64,000 nt of DNA from contig NC_043002.1 in NCBI RefSeq assembly GCF_006345805.1, positions 112,282,001 through 112,346,000 of the forward strand, written 5' to 3'. Numbering within the stretch: position 1 is the stretch's first letter; every line of letters starts with the position of its first letter. Source of the DNA: Octopus sinensis (taxonomy: Eukaryota). The translations under genes were made by a program, and so were the position numbers. Positions 1 to 14,023 of this stretch are shown piece after piece. Below the pieces are notes generated by a model. The model was not told the origin of the DNA, made no database searches, and saw only the letters and a list, made by a program, of their open reading frames with translations.

Positions 1-190
1 TGAGATACCACACACAACATATCACATACAAACGCTCGCATACATCTCACACGTGCATTCTCAAGCATGATTAAAAGATTGGTTACCTGCCTCGTCACCT
101 CTTTTTTGAACCCCACCACCTCCTATACATACATCAACTCTAAACCGCTCGCATTCAAGTCCCAAACCCAGTCTGCAGGTAGTTACCCTT

Positions 191-447
191 GAGGAGGAGG
201 AAGCACACCATCGGTTACGACAACGAGGGTTCCGGTTGATCCGATCAACGGAACAGCCTGCTCGTGAAATTAACGTGTAAGTGGCTGAGCACTCCACAGA
301 CACGTGAACCCTTAACGTAGTTCTCAGGGATATTCAGCGTGACACAGAGAGTGACAAGGCCGGCCCTTTGAAATACAGGTACAACAGAAACAGGAAGTAA
401 GAGTGAGAGAAAGTTGTGGTGAAAGAGTACAGCAGGGATCACCACCA
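191..447 (-). mobile_element. SINE family A, 5'-truncated copy
   Basis: Matches the 3' two-thirds of full copies at 13212, 23541, 41166, 43621 and 49165. TSD agttaccctt at 181-190 and 448-457. Confidence 0.9.
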
Positions 448-727
448 AGTTACCCTTAACTATGTAGATAATCTGATCTTAATGCAAGGGACATAACTCA
501 AAAGGAGTTCCTCACTGAAGTTCTACGAGTTTTTTCGTTTCGGTTTTCACTACTCTCGCGAACCAGATGAGGCACCTGCTAACCTTCAGCCGCAGAAAAC
601 CGTCACCATACTTTTTCTGATATCGCTTCTCGTAATCGCCAGAATTCAGATTTTCTCTCTAACTCTCGTTTGCGAAACTGATCTGCATAATCGGATGAAA
701 TGGGTCTCTAATAATGTATTGTAAAAA

Positions 728-1084
728 CATGCATACATACATACATACATACATACATACATACTATACATACATACATACATACATTCATACATGCATG
801 CATACATACGTACATACATACATGCCTACATACATACATACATACATACATACATACATACATACATACATACATACAAACATACATACATACATACATA
901 CATACATACATGCATACATACATGCATGCATACATACATACATACATACATACCTACATACCTACATACATACATACATACATACATACATACATACATA
1001 CATACATACATACATGCATACATACATACATACATACATACATACATACATACATACATACATACATACATACATACATACATA
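728..1084. repeat. (TACA)n microsatellite
   Basis: Direct tandem repeat with occasional TGCA/CGTA variants. Confidence 0.98.
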
Positions 1085-1616
1085 AATGCATGCAATGTGG
1101 AACAGGATAGAAAAAAAAAGAAAACACCCACTGACGAAGTTAACCATATTGAAACCGGTGGGTCAGAAGAATATTACTGGAGTTTAAATATTAAAGCAGC
1201 TACCAATTTAAAACGCAACCGGCCAGATATTGTTGTGTGAACCGCATAGAAAATATATGTTCTCTTGTAAAAATCAGCTACCCTCTGGACACCAATGTGG
1301 TTAAAAGAATACAAGAGGAAGAGAACATCCATGGACCATTGATAAGAAGTTTGCAGCTTCATATCTATCAATTATTATTATTATTATTATTGGAGCAACA
1401 GGATACATTCCAACACGCCTGAAGCAAAGTATGGCTAAACTTGGGATCTTGGGAAGAGAAAGCAAATCCTTAATTAATATGCCACAGATGTCACGATATC
1501 TGCAAGACCTTAAAGATTTCGAGGATGATGGTTAAAACAAGTTGCTTTCCTTCACAACCTTGCTACCAAGGAGGGGCCTGCCAAAATTTATTCTAAATTA
1601 TAAAAAGGAAAGGGAA
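1085..1616 (+). mobile_element. 3' fragment of an RLE-type non-LTR retrotransposon (R4/Dong/NeSL/HERO group), decayed
   Basis: Translates to EEYYWSLNIKAATNLKRNRPDIVV*NRIENICSLVKISYPLDTNVVKRIQEEENIHGPLIRSLQL, matching the restriction-like endonuclease motif W..I.T...NRPDIVV.D...C.I.E...P.D.N. A short 3' UTR then runs into (CATA)n. Confidence 0.75.
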
Positions 1617-1940
1617 CATACATACATACATACATACATACATACATACATACATACATACATACATACATACACACGTACATACATACATACATACATA
1701 CATACATACGTACATACATACATACATACATACATACATACATACATGCATACATACATACATACATACATACATACATACATACATACATACATACATA
1801 CATACATACATACACACGTACATACATACATACATACATACATACATACATACGTACATACATACATACATACATACATACATACATACATACATACATA
1901 CATACATACATACATACATACATACGTACGTACATATATG
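1617..1940. repeat. (TACA)n microsatellite
   Basis: Direct tandem repeat. Confidence 0.98.
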
Positions 1941-2426
1941 CACAAACATACACACAAACGCATGCACACGCACAGACACACATACATGTACCTGTGTGTG
2001 TGAGTGCTTGTGTGCGCGCGTCTGTGTGTGTGTGTGCGCGCATATCCACTTATACATGATTATAATCATTTCTAGCATAGGTACAAGACTACATATTTTG
2101 AGGAAGAATATTCCTTTATTTCTCTCATATGTTAATTTATCAACTCTTCAGGAAGAAGAGTTGATCTGAGCGGGATTTGAACTCATTGCGTATAGAGCTG
2201 TTGACTAAATACCACAAAACATTTTCCTTGACGAATTAACTCTACTGACAATCCAACGCCCTTTACAGTAATAAATTCAATGCAACAGCCTCGCTTTCAT
2301 ATTTCTCCAAGCTGTTGCTAGTGGTTACATCACAATGATTTAATAGCGACAGCAGCAGCAGCATGTTGAAGTATTTGGTGTATGTGTTCACGTGTGTTCG
2401 TGTGTGTGTGTCTGGTGGTATGCGTT

Positions 2427-2506
2427 TGTATGTATGTATGTATGTATGTATGTATGTATGTATGTATGTATGTGTGTGTATGTATGTATGTATGTATGTA
2501 TGTATG

Positions 2507-2538
<32 letters not shown>

Positions 2539-2605
2539 TGTATTATGTATGTATGTATGTATGTGTGTGGTATGTATGTATGTATGGTATGTATGTATGT
2601 GTGTG

Positions 2606-2637
<32 letters not shown>

Positions 2638-2742
2638 GTATGTATGTATGTATGTATGTATGTATGTATGTGTGTGTATATGTATGTATGTATGTATGTA
2701 TGTGTGTATGTATGTATGTATGTATGTATGTATGTATGTGTG

Positions 2743-2773
<31 letters not shown>

Positions 2774-2830
2774 GTGTATGTATGTATGTATGTGTGTGTA
2801 TGTGTATGTATGTATAAATGTACGTATGTA
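2427..2830. repeat. (TATG)n microsatellite
   Basis: Direct tandem repeat, opposite polarity to the two preceding arrays. Confidence 0.97.
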
Positions 2831-3949
2831 TGCGTGTATATATATAAGAATACTGTGGACGCTTGAGAGAAGGAGAGAGAGTGAGGATAATAGGGAAGAA
2901 GACGACGTCGTAGACGAATATTATGTTGATGATGATGATGATAAAGAGGAAGAGGAGTGGTTGTGATGATAGTGGTGGTGGTGGTGGTGGCGGTAGTGGT
3001 GGTGGTGGTGGGTGATGGCGTTAAAAGTGGACATTCAAAACAAGCAGGCAGATAAGCCATTGCTGTAATTCAGAGCCGCTCTGGAATAATAAAGTGATGG
3101 ATGTTAAGATCCACAAATTATTAATGAGTAGAATATATCACCAAAAAGTCACTGCGCACCACATGTGTGCACATACACTCAAACATGCAGCACACTACAT
3201 CAACGCACTTATGCACAAGCACATGTGCAGGCATATATAAACTTCCATACACAGACGAGCACGCGCTGCTACGTACATTTACGCACTTGCGTATTAATGC
3301 ATAAACCTGCATATGCAAGCCTGCATACAGTCACGTGCAATATACATATACTATATATATATATGTGTTGTTGTATATGCATGTATTGTATGTAAGAACG
3401 CAAACACACACATACACATACACACACATGCACACACACACAAATACACACATAACGTATTGAGAGGGGGTTAGGCGGCGGAAGGTCGTGATTGAGAAGA
3501 AAGATTAAACCTTGATAAAGCTGACATCACTGGCGCTTCCAAATAACCAATAGAATATCATTTAAACATATAAAGTACTGCATCAAAATAAAAACTATAC
3601 CACACAGCACTGCTAGTGAAAAAGCCACAGGGAATATTAACCAATTCATAATCAATAATATTAATCTTCGCCAAGTCTATGGAACTAAAAGTCTTTAGAG
3701 ACATCGTGGCATGAGAGAGAAAGCAGAAAACAAACGTCTGTATATATTTATATACACTCTGGCTAGAGTTAGTATAGATTCTAGTAGTAAGTACCCATCG
3801 TTTTTACCTCGGTTAATACTATAAATATAAATCAGATAGATACTAGACGCAGTGGATTGCAGTGTTTTGCATTTTGCACATTTCCCATTAGTTATCTAGA
3901 TCTGTTTTGCAATGTTTAAGTCACCGAAAGTCATAATACAAGCAGATTG

Positions 3950-4230
3950 ATGTGGTTGCCTCACATAGAAATCTGGTGAAGGTATCCTACAGGGAACCGC
4001 TCAAAGCTATAGAATCTGGATTTATCTATTGTTCCCAGCATTATGAAGCGGTGAAAGAAACGCATTTTCCAGGACAGAGCACTTTGTCTGGAGTAACTCA
4101 CTTATTTGTCGTCGTAAGAATTAAGCTCAGTATTGCTTGGTACCAAACCCTTCACCAATTTCAGTGCGCAGCTGCTGCCCACGTTGTGAATTGTATCCAA
4201 TACAGCAGCATTTTATAGCTTGACAAACTA
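3950..4230 (-). pseudogene. Possible highly decayed Tc1-like transposase fragment
   Basis: One minus frame reads CIGYNSQRGQQLRTEIGEGFGTKQY*A*FLRRQISELLQT...HNAG...PCRIPSPDF. This loosely resembles the Tc1 IGY.SRS.L..I.G.L....Y...L and WP..SPDL segments, but has many stops. Confidence 0.3.
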
Positions 4231-7200
4231 AATCATGAAGACGCTTCGTTAATGTTGCGCAGTAATTCCTATAGTCCTTGAAACGTATCTTGGGGAGAAA
4301 CAATTAAGGATATGAAGGCCACTGGATACAAATATCACAAGGGGAGTCCTTTAATATTAGGTCCTTCCTGGAACCAAGACTTTGTATTTATAAGAGGCAA
4401 ACTTTTATCCGGGGTATTTTTTGTGGAAAAATGAGCGCCTGTCGAATTCAGTCATTAGCTATTTAAAATAGTATTTAATTCCTGTTAACTAAATACATGA
4501 CATTTTCTGTGAGTAATATGTACTTTTGTTCATTCTGTAAACTGCTGACCCTCACTTTCTCATACGTTACCATGTCCATTTAGTTATATATTAAGATGTT
4601 TACTGGTCAATTAGTATTTGTTGTTAACAGAACATGAAATAATTTAGGCTAATTTTCGTAGGACTAGCTGTCAGCTTTGGGTGAGGTGGTCCGATCTTAT
4701 GACACGGGCAAAGCCAACTTATTTTTTTCAAAAGCAGTCCTATATGCCGTGAAGTAATGAATGTTCCTATAAATTCCCTTCCTCATTTCGCATCCAATGT
4801 CTTATCGATATCAGCAGACATTTTGGTGTACTCTGTACGGCTAGAATTGTGTTTATATAGTACGGAGTATGTCTCCAAATTTCAATTCTAAATTGAATTC
4901 ATTTCTTATTACTCACATTAATTAGTAATAGGTTTTCAAAAGACATTAAAACTTCTCAACCATCTTATATATTAAATCATATGTCCTGCAACTTTATGTC
5001 TGTGGTAGTTTAATATATTTGGCACATACACTTCTGCACACAAACGTTCGTTATTCACTATTATGGTGTAATGGATATACTCTCCCAGTGCCGAGAGTAA
5101 AGTCATTATGACAGTCTATTTTCTCCATATAAAACTATGTACACACAAAACCGCATTGTTACACAGATATACTACTGATGCCTATGGTACTGTAATTATT
5201 ACATAAAATTTAAGAAAGCCATAATGTATAGATATTTTACTTACGATAATATTGAGTAAGATGCGATCTGAACATGCAGATCTGCCTTGATTTTTAGTCG
5301 AACCAATGCAATTTATTTTTGTCATTACATTTTTTGAGAGAAGTATGATTGTCACACATTATGATTACTATCTCTTTAAATTTCATTGGTTTTAGTACTT
5401 TAGTTTAGTCATCACGGTTAAACCCTCCGCTTGCCTTCAAATGATATGTTAAATATTTTATTGCTTTTTTCATCGAAACTAAGGGAAAACAGTCGAATTC
5501 AGAGTCCGGTAGTATTACTGTTTTCCTTTTGGCAAAAAGGAAAATACTAACATTCTTAAAAGGAAACAATTTTAATACTAACGCGCGAATATGAAACTCT
5601 GGAAGTATGAGAGTAAGTGATAACTATTCTTGACTTCCATTCTTGAGTTCCTACCAAACGATAATGAACGAATCAAAATTAAAATCCGTAGGGGAAACAA
5701 TCTCATTTATTCTGACACTTCATTGACTCAGCCATTTCTATAGCTCTTCCAACAATAACAGTGCCAGTTACAAGTTCTAGTGATGAAACTTCTATTTTAG
5801 TCGAGCTTGTGATAAAGATTCTATGTGGCCTCTTGATTTGCTCACTGTAGTAACTAAAGCTGTTTGAATACTGTCATTAACATCTTATAAAATAGAAAGT
5901 CTATTTGAAGCGTTAAACCATGCAATCACAACGTCACAATTATACAGCTAGAAACACAAGAACGCTTCTTTCATTCAAATTAATTCAAGTCAAGCTTTGT
6001 TGACCGGACTTACCTAACAAGAATATCAGCAGAAACCGCAGCAGCAGCAGCAACAACAACAACAAAAAAATAGTAACAAATGTAACACCAGGTACAACTA
6101 CAAAAAAAAGAGAAAATAATAATAATAATAATAAAAAGGAAATAGATTGGAAAATATTATTGGAAGAAATTTCAAGATGGTCAACAGCTCGACAATTATC
6201 GTAATTATGCTAAATGTTGTTTTGATAATAATGTTAACATCGAATACAGCAATATCTTCTCATTAATGTTGGGATTAATAACAGTAGCATTCTGTTCCCA
6301 AATATTCTCTTGTCTATTTATGTTAAATCGCTGCATAATGACTAGATTTATTGCATCTGCTTTCATATACGATGTTGTATTTTACGATTGTCATTTCTTG
6401 ACTATTTATCATGTCTGTCGCCGGACAGTCTCATAATCTTTTTGTTCTCTCCTGAGACGTTCACTGATTTCCTGAAGATGCTGTTTTACATTGTCCATAC
6501 CATTACTGTGACACAGAACTACCGAAATTTTTGTTGCTACTGATGGTGGTGGTGTGGTAGATGGTGGTGATGGTGCTGCTGCTGCTGCTGTTCTTGCTAC
6601 TGCCGGTGCTGCTGGTATGGGGGTGACGATGGTGGTTTTTGCTGTAGCGGTTATTACTATGACACTGAACTATCGAAATTTGTTTTGTTGCTACTGATGG
6701 TAGTCGTGGTGGTGGTAGATGTGTTGTTGTTGTTGTTACTGATGGTAGTGTGGTAGTGACAATGGCGGTTCTTGTTTTAGCAATTGTTGTTGCTAAGGTA
6801 GTTAGTGGTGGTAGAAACTGTCCTAGTGGTAGTTGTAGTCTAACCAGAAGTTAGTGCAGCTACGACCAAATTGGGTTTTCTTTTCGTTTCTTTCTATTTT
6901 TTTTTTTGGCTTTTTGTTTTCCAGATCCCCCTATCCTTTCTAAGACAAAAGAAAAGTAAGACAGGAGGGAAAATAATATGAAAATTTATAAAGAAGAATT
7001 TATTCATTTATTTATTTATTTGCGTATATACGGTAGGGTACGATATGAATTTAATTTAACAACTGTTTCTCGCATGTCGAACGGACGTATACAACTTGTC
7101 ATCTCACTAACTCGAATAGAGATAGGTTAATGAAAGTTAAGGTGCCGATGGCAGTGATGATCGTGTTGTTGATTTGTATTGGTAATAACGTTGATAGTGG

Positions 7201-7374
7201 TGCTGGTGCTGCTATTGGGACATGGCTAGCAATTGCAGTAGTAATCAGTGTGATAACTACTATGCTGGTGATGGCAGAGGGTGGGATGGAATTGCTGGCG
7301 GGCAACAGAAGTTGCCATCGAAGAAATAAATAGCTGTGACAATAGTACTAGAAATTAATGATTGTGGTAGGGAA

Positions 7375-7890
7375 TGATGATGATGATGATGATGATGTGG
7401 TGGTGGTGGTGGTGGTGTTGGTTGTTGCTGTGGTTGTGGTAATAATGGTGGTGATGAAGCCATGGTTATGAATGCAGTACAGATAGCATAAAAATATATT
7501 ACTACAACTACTGTTATAAAAATAATGATAATAATAATGATAATAATATAATAATAATAATAATATAATAATAATAATATAATAATGATAATAATAATAT
7601 AATAATAATAATGATAATAATAATAATAATAATGATAATAATAATAATAATATAATAATATAATAATAATAATAATGATAATAATAATAATAATGATAAT
7701 AATGATAATAATGATAATAATGATAATAATATAATAATAATAATAATATAATAATAATAATAATGATAATAATAATAATAATGATAATAATAATAATAAT
7801 GATAATAATAATAATATAATAATGATGATGATGATAATAATGATGATGATGATAATAATAATAATGATAATAATAATAATAATTATGATG

Positions 7891-7930
<40 letters not shown>

Positions 7931-7946
7931 TAATAATAATATAATG

Positions 7947-7995
<49 letters not shown>

Positions 7996-8020
7996 GAAGA
8001 AGAAGAAGAAGAAGAAGAAT
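7375..8020. repeat. Compound triplet microsatellite (GAT/GGT/TAA/GAA)
   Basis: Mostly (TAA)n with TGA variants at 7512-7995, ending in (GAA)n. Confidence 0.97.
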
Positions 8021-8034
8021 TGTTTCAAATTTTG

Positions 8035-8185
8035 GCTCAAGGCTAGCTATTTTAGGTGGAGGTAGTTAGTCGATTACGTTGACCCCAGTACATGACTGAT
8101 ACTTTATTTTATCAACCTGTAGCGGAGGAAAGGCAGAGTTAATTTCGGATGGTATTGAACTCGGAACGTAAAGAATCAAAACAAA
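8035..8185 (-). mobile_element. SINE family C, old diverged copy
   Basis: gttgaccccagtacatgactgatactttattttatc...ggcagagttaatttcgg is the reverse complement of the family C core. Confidence 0.65.
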
Positions 8186-9937
8186 TACTGAAAACCAATC
8201 CATCTGTCGCTATAACGTTTATTCGATAAACATTTCCGATATAGGCACAAGGTCAGAATGTCGGGAAAAGGAAACAGTTGACACTAGTGCTTGATTGGTA
8301 CTGTATTATATGAAGCACAGGAGTATATAAGCTAAACGTGATCTCGGTGAGAAGGCAGTGGCTATAGTGGCAGTGGTTGTGATACATGGAGACGATATTT
8401 GCACTTATAATTAGCATTCTTCGGTCAGCAAAAGGTGTGCGAAAATGAACGACTCTGCTAGACAACTTTCCTAAAATTTTGTTTTACTGTCAGCATCTAT
8501 TTACTGCTTCAATCAGTTCATTAGAGTGTAGTTATGTTGTCATCATATTTTATTGAGCTTCTATATATCTCTGCTAAAGGAGGCATATGATCGAAGATCT
8601 TCCAGCCTTGACAATTGTATCTTTCTGATACACATGACATTATCCAGTGTGTACCACTTATATTTTGAGATGTTATAGTGTGAATTTAAGGGTTATGTAG
8701 TTGCTATTTCTATGACGTTGGTATCTCAAGTCTAACGGTGTTTGGACGCATGGTAGAGATTGGTAGTGAGATTGGTGATAACTGAATAATGATGATGTTG
8801 TATTTTCATATTTATATTGATGGATGGAGAACCAGTAACAACTGACAATGAAGTTTCCTCTGCACTCAACTTGCAAGATATTGCGCCCTAATATCGCTTA
8901 AATCAAATTTTATCGTCTTGGCCAAGGACAGATCTAATGGACAGTATAGCTGTAAAGTTAAACTAAATATACCTGTAATGCGTTTGATCATATTTTTTCT
9001 CAGTCAAGAATGACCTAAGCAACAACATATACTATTTATTCTCAAAAGTATTTGAAGCAAATGAAATATAATGGTTATTGAGAATTTACACCCAATACTG
9101 TAGTCGATGTTCTATAGGGGTTAACCTCTCTACTTAAATCAATTAACACATTGACAGATTTGGAAGAAATTAATTTCTTTAAATTAAGACTTATTTATAA
9201 TCCTTTTCAACATCTTGGTTTATATTTTAGTGACCTTTGAGTGAGTACAAATAGGTATGAAATCCCCAGGAAGTTTGAGCACACACAATGAAGAACGTAA
9301 CTAAATACATTAAATTATTTAGTTCACTGCTCTGCATAGTCTGTCGACTCAGTCACTTGAAGGCATTGTATTATATTGATGTCTTATATAGGTAAAAATA
9401 AAAAAAGGAGCCCGTTTTATGGCTGAGACGAAATGTAATTATGTCATATGGCCTTTCTCAGCAACATTACTACTGAAAATGAAATGAAATTAATTCAACT
9501 GAAAATCGAGGTAACTAAAGAAAATATCGAAATACAAGCACTGGGATAGCAATATCCATTTTAGTGTAAACAGGAAATAAGAAATAAATGCTACTGCACG
9601 ATGGCAGAACGAAGATGCGATAATAAAACTGACCCTCATTCCCTCGTCAGATCAACGCCTTCATAATTTTTAAGATATAACAAGAATTTACACTCATGTG
9701 TTAATGAAAATCTGGTTTAATATGGAAACAGTCGAGTAATTTATAGCTTAAGTGAATAGCCAATAGCATTTAATAATCATATTCTCTGTTGATTTTGAAG
9801 ATTTAAGCCACTAACTATTTCTCTAAGGTGCATTTCATTTTATATAGCGGAATGTATGAGTTAAGACTTAAAGTCTGTAGCATACAACAGGGAAACGGTA
9901 GTTGAGGTGTGTACTACTATTTCTATATGTGTGATAT

Positions 9938-9938
9938 G

Positions 9939-10021
<83 letters not shown>

Positions 10022-10043
10022 TTAGATAGATAGATAGATAGAT

Positions 10044-10107
<64 letters not shown>

Positions 10108-10110
10108 TAG

Positions 10111-10141
<31 letters not shown>

Positions 10142-10142
10142 G
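9938..10142. repeat. (TAGA)n microsatellite
   Basis: Direct tandem repeat. Confidence 0.98.
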
Positions 10143-10799
10143 GCAGGCAACAGGTAGGTAAGTAGGTAAGTACGTAGGTAGGTGGGTGATATTAAGAGAA
10201 AGACAGAACATAACATTGATAGAGAGACTGAAATACAGATGAAAAACAAGAAAGAAAAATAGAGAAAAAATGCCAATAACAACAACAAAAAAAGTCAGAT
10301 TTATATATATTTGGATTCTAAGAAAATTAAGTGAATTTAATCTATTCTATTGTTGTAAATATATGAAAATATTTATTTGTTTTTCTATTGTAATTAATTA
10401 AACGTTATTCTCTATCATTGCAGGTATTGTCTTACGGCAGCAGTGAACATTGTGAAGACGGAACAAATTATATTTAGAACTTTCTCCGATGGAAAAACAA
10501 AACGCAAATAAAAAAACAAAAGAAAGTAAAACAGAATAAATCAGCCTACAAGTAAAAAAAAATGATGTTGTTTATAATATAGAAATTTAATGGTGGAATT
10601 ATTATGTTCACATTTCAGCATAGTTATAAAGTCCGATTCTTCATCACTTGATTCTGAAAGCGAGGTACATTAGACAGGTGTTTACACCTATGGCAGCGGT
10701 TGACCAGTAATGATTTGATGTATGTAAACTGAAGAATCTCATCATGCGCGCACCTGTAAGTGTGCGCGTGCGTGAGTAAGTGTATATGTGTCTATGTGA

Positions 10800-11212
<413 letters not shown>

Positions 11213-11909
11213 ACTTCAGATTGATGATACTGGCGTACAGGAGGTGAATGAAATGTTGCAGGTTGTCCAACCATACCTAAAAGCGTTTTCCATTTATCTT
11301 CTGACCTGATACCGCTGTGTCCTACTCCTGCAGCAACCTTTCTTCATGGTCTCTTTCTGTCATTCCTTTTCCTAAATCTCTAAGACACTGCAAATAGGAC
11401 ATGCCTATAGTTCTTCATTATGTGAGTAAATGAGAAACAACAATCATAATTGCTTATAATTTAGGCATAAAATCTGCAGTTTTGATGGAGAAGATTCGGC
11501 TATTCAGTATTTATTTTACCGACACTGGAAAAATGAAAACCACAATTATTCTCCGGGGGTGTGGGGATTGGGTATGGCTCAAAATAGAAAGCACTGGACT
11601 AAATTCCGCATTCGACCACTCTTAAAATAATATACACACAAAGCTCGAAGTTTTGGGGATGGAACTAATCGATTATATCAACTTCACTGGGTCTTTATTT
11701 TACCAATTCCGATAGGCTGAAGGGCAAAATCGACCACGAAAGAGGTTCTGCTGAGAATTTTGTCCGACGCGATAACGAATCTGCCAGTTCGCTGCCTTTA
11801 AAGCTAGAAGTCCGAACTCACATCATATGGAGAGAGGAACGTTAAGAATCAAGAGGGGTATAGCTCAAATCAGTTGTTCAGTGAACACTATTCATCGCTT
11901 TATCAAGGA

Positions 11910-12305
11910 CTAGCAGTATCGCCCGGCGTTGCTCGGGTTTGTAAGGGAAATAACTATATAAGCATTTTTAGAGATGTAAAGTATAATAGCCATCTCAATA
12001 TGGCTAACCACAAAGGGGGGGGTGTTACTGTAGCTTTTTACGTTCTGAGATTTAATAATACATTTTTAGAGAGTTACTTCCCTTATATATGCCAAAAATG
12101 CATTAAAATGGGAAAAATTGATGGTAAATTATTTTTTAAATCGTAGACTCATCGTAGACGCGCGGTAATACCCAGAAGGGCTCGATATGAATCACGACTA
12201 TAAGATACCCGGTTTTGGTTAAACTGCACCGCAAAATATGGGAGTAGTTAGGAATCTAAATCGTAGGAGACAGACAGCCCACAACCTCACTTTTATATAT
12301 AAAGA
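11910..12305 (-). mobile_element. Non-autonomous Helitron (~400 bp)
   Basis: Minus strand starts TCTTTATATATAAAA and ends CCCGAGCAACGCCGGG hairpin + CGATACTGCTAG. Inserted between A and T with no TSD. Near-identical copy at 52881. Confidence 0.9.
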
Positions 12306-12671
12306 TATCAAAATGGAATATGACACAATAACTTATAGGATAATATTCCTTACGCGAGGGACTTGAAGGTATAAAATTACCATCAGGTGAAATCCTGAAA
12401 AGGATTGATGATACCGGACGTACAGGATATGAATGAAATGCTGGAAGAAGAAATGAAGAAGCGCTTTAAGTAAGACTCGTGCTGCAGTCAAAACAGAATG
12501 TGAGAAATAAGTTTCATGCAATCAATTGGTGGCTGATTGCATTATTCAGGTATGGAGCACCTATTATCAATTGGAGAAAAGAGGTTACAGAAGCTAGATC
12601 GAAAAGCTACTCACAATGCACGGATCACTCCATCCAAGAGCAATATTGATAGTCTATATTTAACCATACGG

Positions 12672-12910
12672 TTAACAAGGCGGCGAACTAGCAGAACCGT
12701 TAGCACGCCGGGCGAAAATGCTTAGCGGTATTTCGTCTGCTGCTACGTTCTGAGTTCAAATTCCGCCGAGGTCGACTTTGTTTTTCATCCTTTCGGGGTC
12801 GATAAATAAAGTACCAGTTTCGCACTGGGGTCGATGTAATCGACTTAATCCGTTTGTCTGTCATTGTTTGTCCCCTCTATGTTTAGCCCCTTGTGGATAG
12901 TAAAGAAATA
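12672..12910 (+). mobile_element. SINE family C, full length
   Basis: tRNA-like head (A box TAGCAGAACCG, B box GAGTTCAAATTCC), core GACTTTG...TCATCCTTTCGGGGTCGATAAA..AAGTACCAG. 17-bp TSD tatatttaaccatacgg at 12655-12671 and 12911-12927. Confidence 0.93.
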
Positions 12911-13211
12911 TATATTTAACCATACGGACGGGAGCTAATAAGCTGTAAAAGTTGTATATTCTGAGAAGAAAATAACTTGGAGTGGGTACCAGGTGTGCCA
13001 TTAAATCCTTTCTGGCTTAGGTGAGGATATCTGGTATAGTAAGGGCAGATATGCTTGAAACAGGGAAATAGAAAGCAAAAGAGAAAAAAGAGAAAGAAGA
13101 ACAAAAGAAAAACAGAATGGAAAAAAAAAGATGTTTGTTTTCATCACAACACTAAAACAGAACTCTTTCACCCCAACTTGCCCTGCTCTCTTTAACGTCA
13201 TACCAAGACAC

Positions 13212-13578
13212 GTGGAGGCGCAATGGCCCAGTGGTTAGGGCAGCGGACTCGCGGTCGTAGGATCGCGGTTTCGATTCCCAGACCGGGCGTTGTGAGTGTT
13301 TATTGAGCGAAAACACCTAAAGCTCCACGAGGCTCCAGCAGGGATGGTTGTGATCCCTGCTGTACTCTTTCACCACAACTTTCTCTCATTCTTACTTCCT
13401 GTATATCAAAGGGCCGGCCTTGTCACTCTCTGTGTCACGCTGAATATCCCCAAGAACTACGTTAAGGGTACACGTATCTGTGGAGTGCTCAGCCACTTAC
13501 GCGTTAATTTCACGAGCAGGCTGTTCCGTTGATCGGATCAACCGGAATCCTCGTCGTCGTAACCGACGGAGTGCTTCC
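13212..13578 (+). mobile_element. SINE family A, full length
   Basis: tRNA-like head GGAGGCGCAATGGCCCAGTGGTTAGGGCAGCGGACTCGCGGTCGTAGGATCGCGGTTTCGATTCCC. TSD accaagacac at 13202-13211 and 13579-13588. Confidence 0.95.
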
Positions 13579-14023
13579 ACCAAGACACATAAGAGAAGAA
13601 AAAGATCTAACATTCAAATGAGTCCTACATGAATACTTCCAATAAATTCCAGATAAACTACCTGTAACATCATTAAATATGTAACATCATTAAAGGTCTT
13701 TTCCATGTGGTGCTATTAAGCTAGATATGGCTTGGGCCAATTCTGGTCGAGACTTATCTAAGTATCTAAGTTTGGGCAATTTGAATAAGAGGTGAAAGAG
13801 AAGGTGGATACCAATGGAATGTGGCATTGGCTAAGGAAGTAATTATCGGAGCTGTATAGGAAAAAGAACTAAGGACAAGTAACACCAAATGCAGAATCGA
13901 CAGTACAGCAGAAACACAAGTGTAGGTTGTGCAGGGATGAAGGTGAAACTGTATGCCATATTGTGAAAGAATGCATGAAGCTGGCCCAAAAGGAATATAA
14001 AAGAAGACACGATAATATCGCGC

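Noticed and set aside
245-448. Recurrent ORF MVVIPAVLFHHNFLS...FTSRLFR (also at 13296, 23592, 31741, 41213, 49212)
   Set aside because: It is the SINE A body read in one frame; its recurrence reflects SINE copy number, not a gene family.
1126-1165. CCCA-CTGACGA-AG...TT-GAAACCGG-TGGG resembling a hammerhead
   Set aside because: There is no valid NUH cleavage triplet, stem II is weak, and it lies within the RLE coding frame; probably coincidental.
6503-6710. ~45-bp direct repeat (TACT.TGACAC.GAACTA.CGAAATTT..GTTGCTACTGATGG) at ~150-bp spacing
   Set aside because: A small old tandem duplication within low-complexity GGT/GCT sequence; no further structure.
10405-10545. Possible 3' terminal exon (pyrimidine tract + TGCAG acceptor, short frame YCLTAAVNIVKTEQ..., AATAAA)
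   Set aside because: Such signals are common in AT-rich DNA. There is no recognisable protein or partner exon; RNA-seq would be needed.
13212-13285. tRNA genes at SINE heads
   Set aside because: A and B boxes are present, but each head continues into a repeated SINE body with TSDs and lacks a complete cloverleaf.
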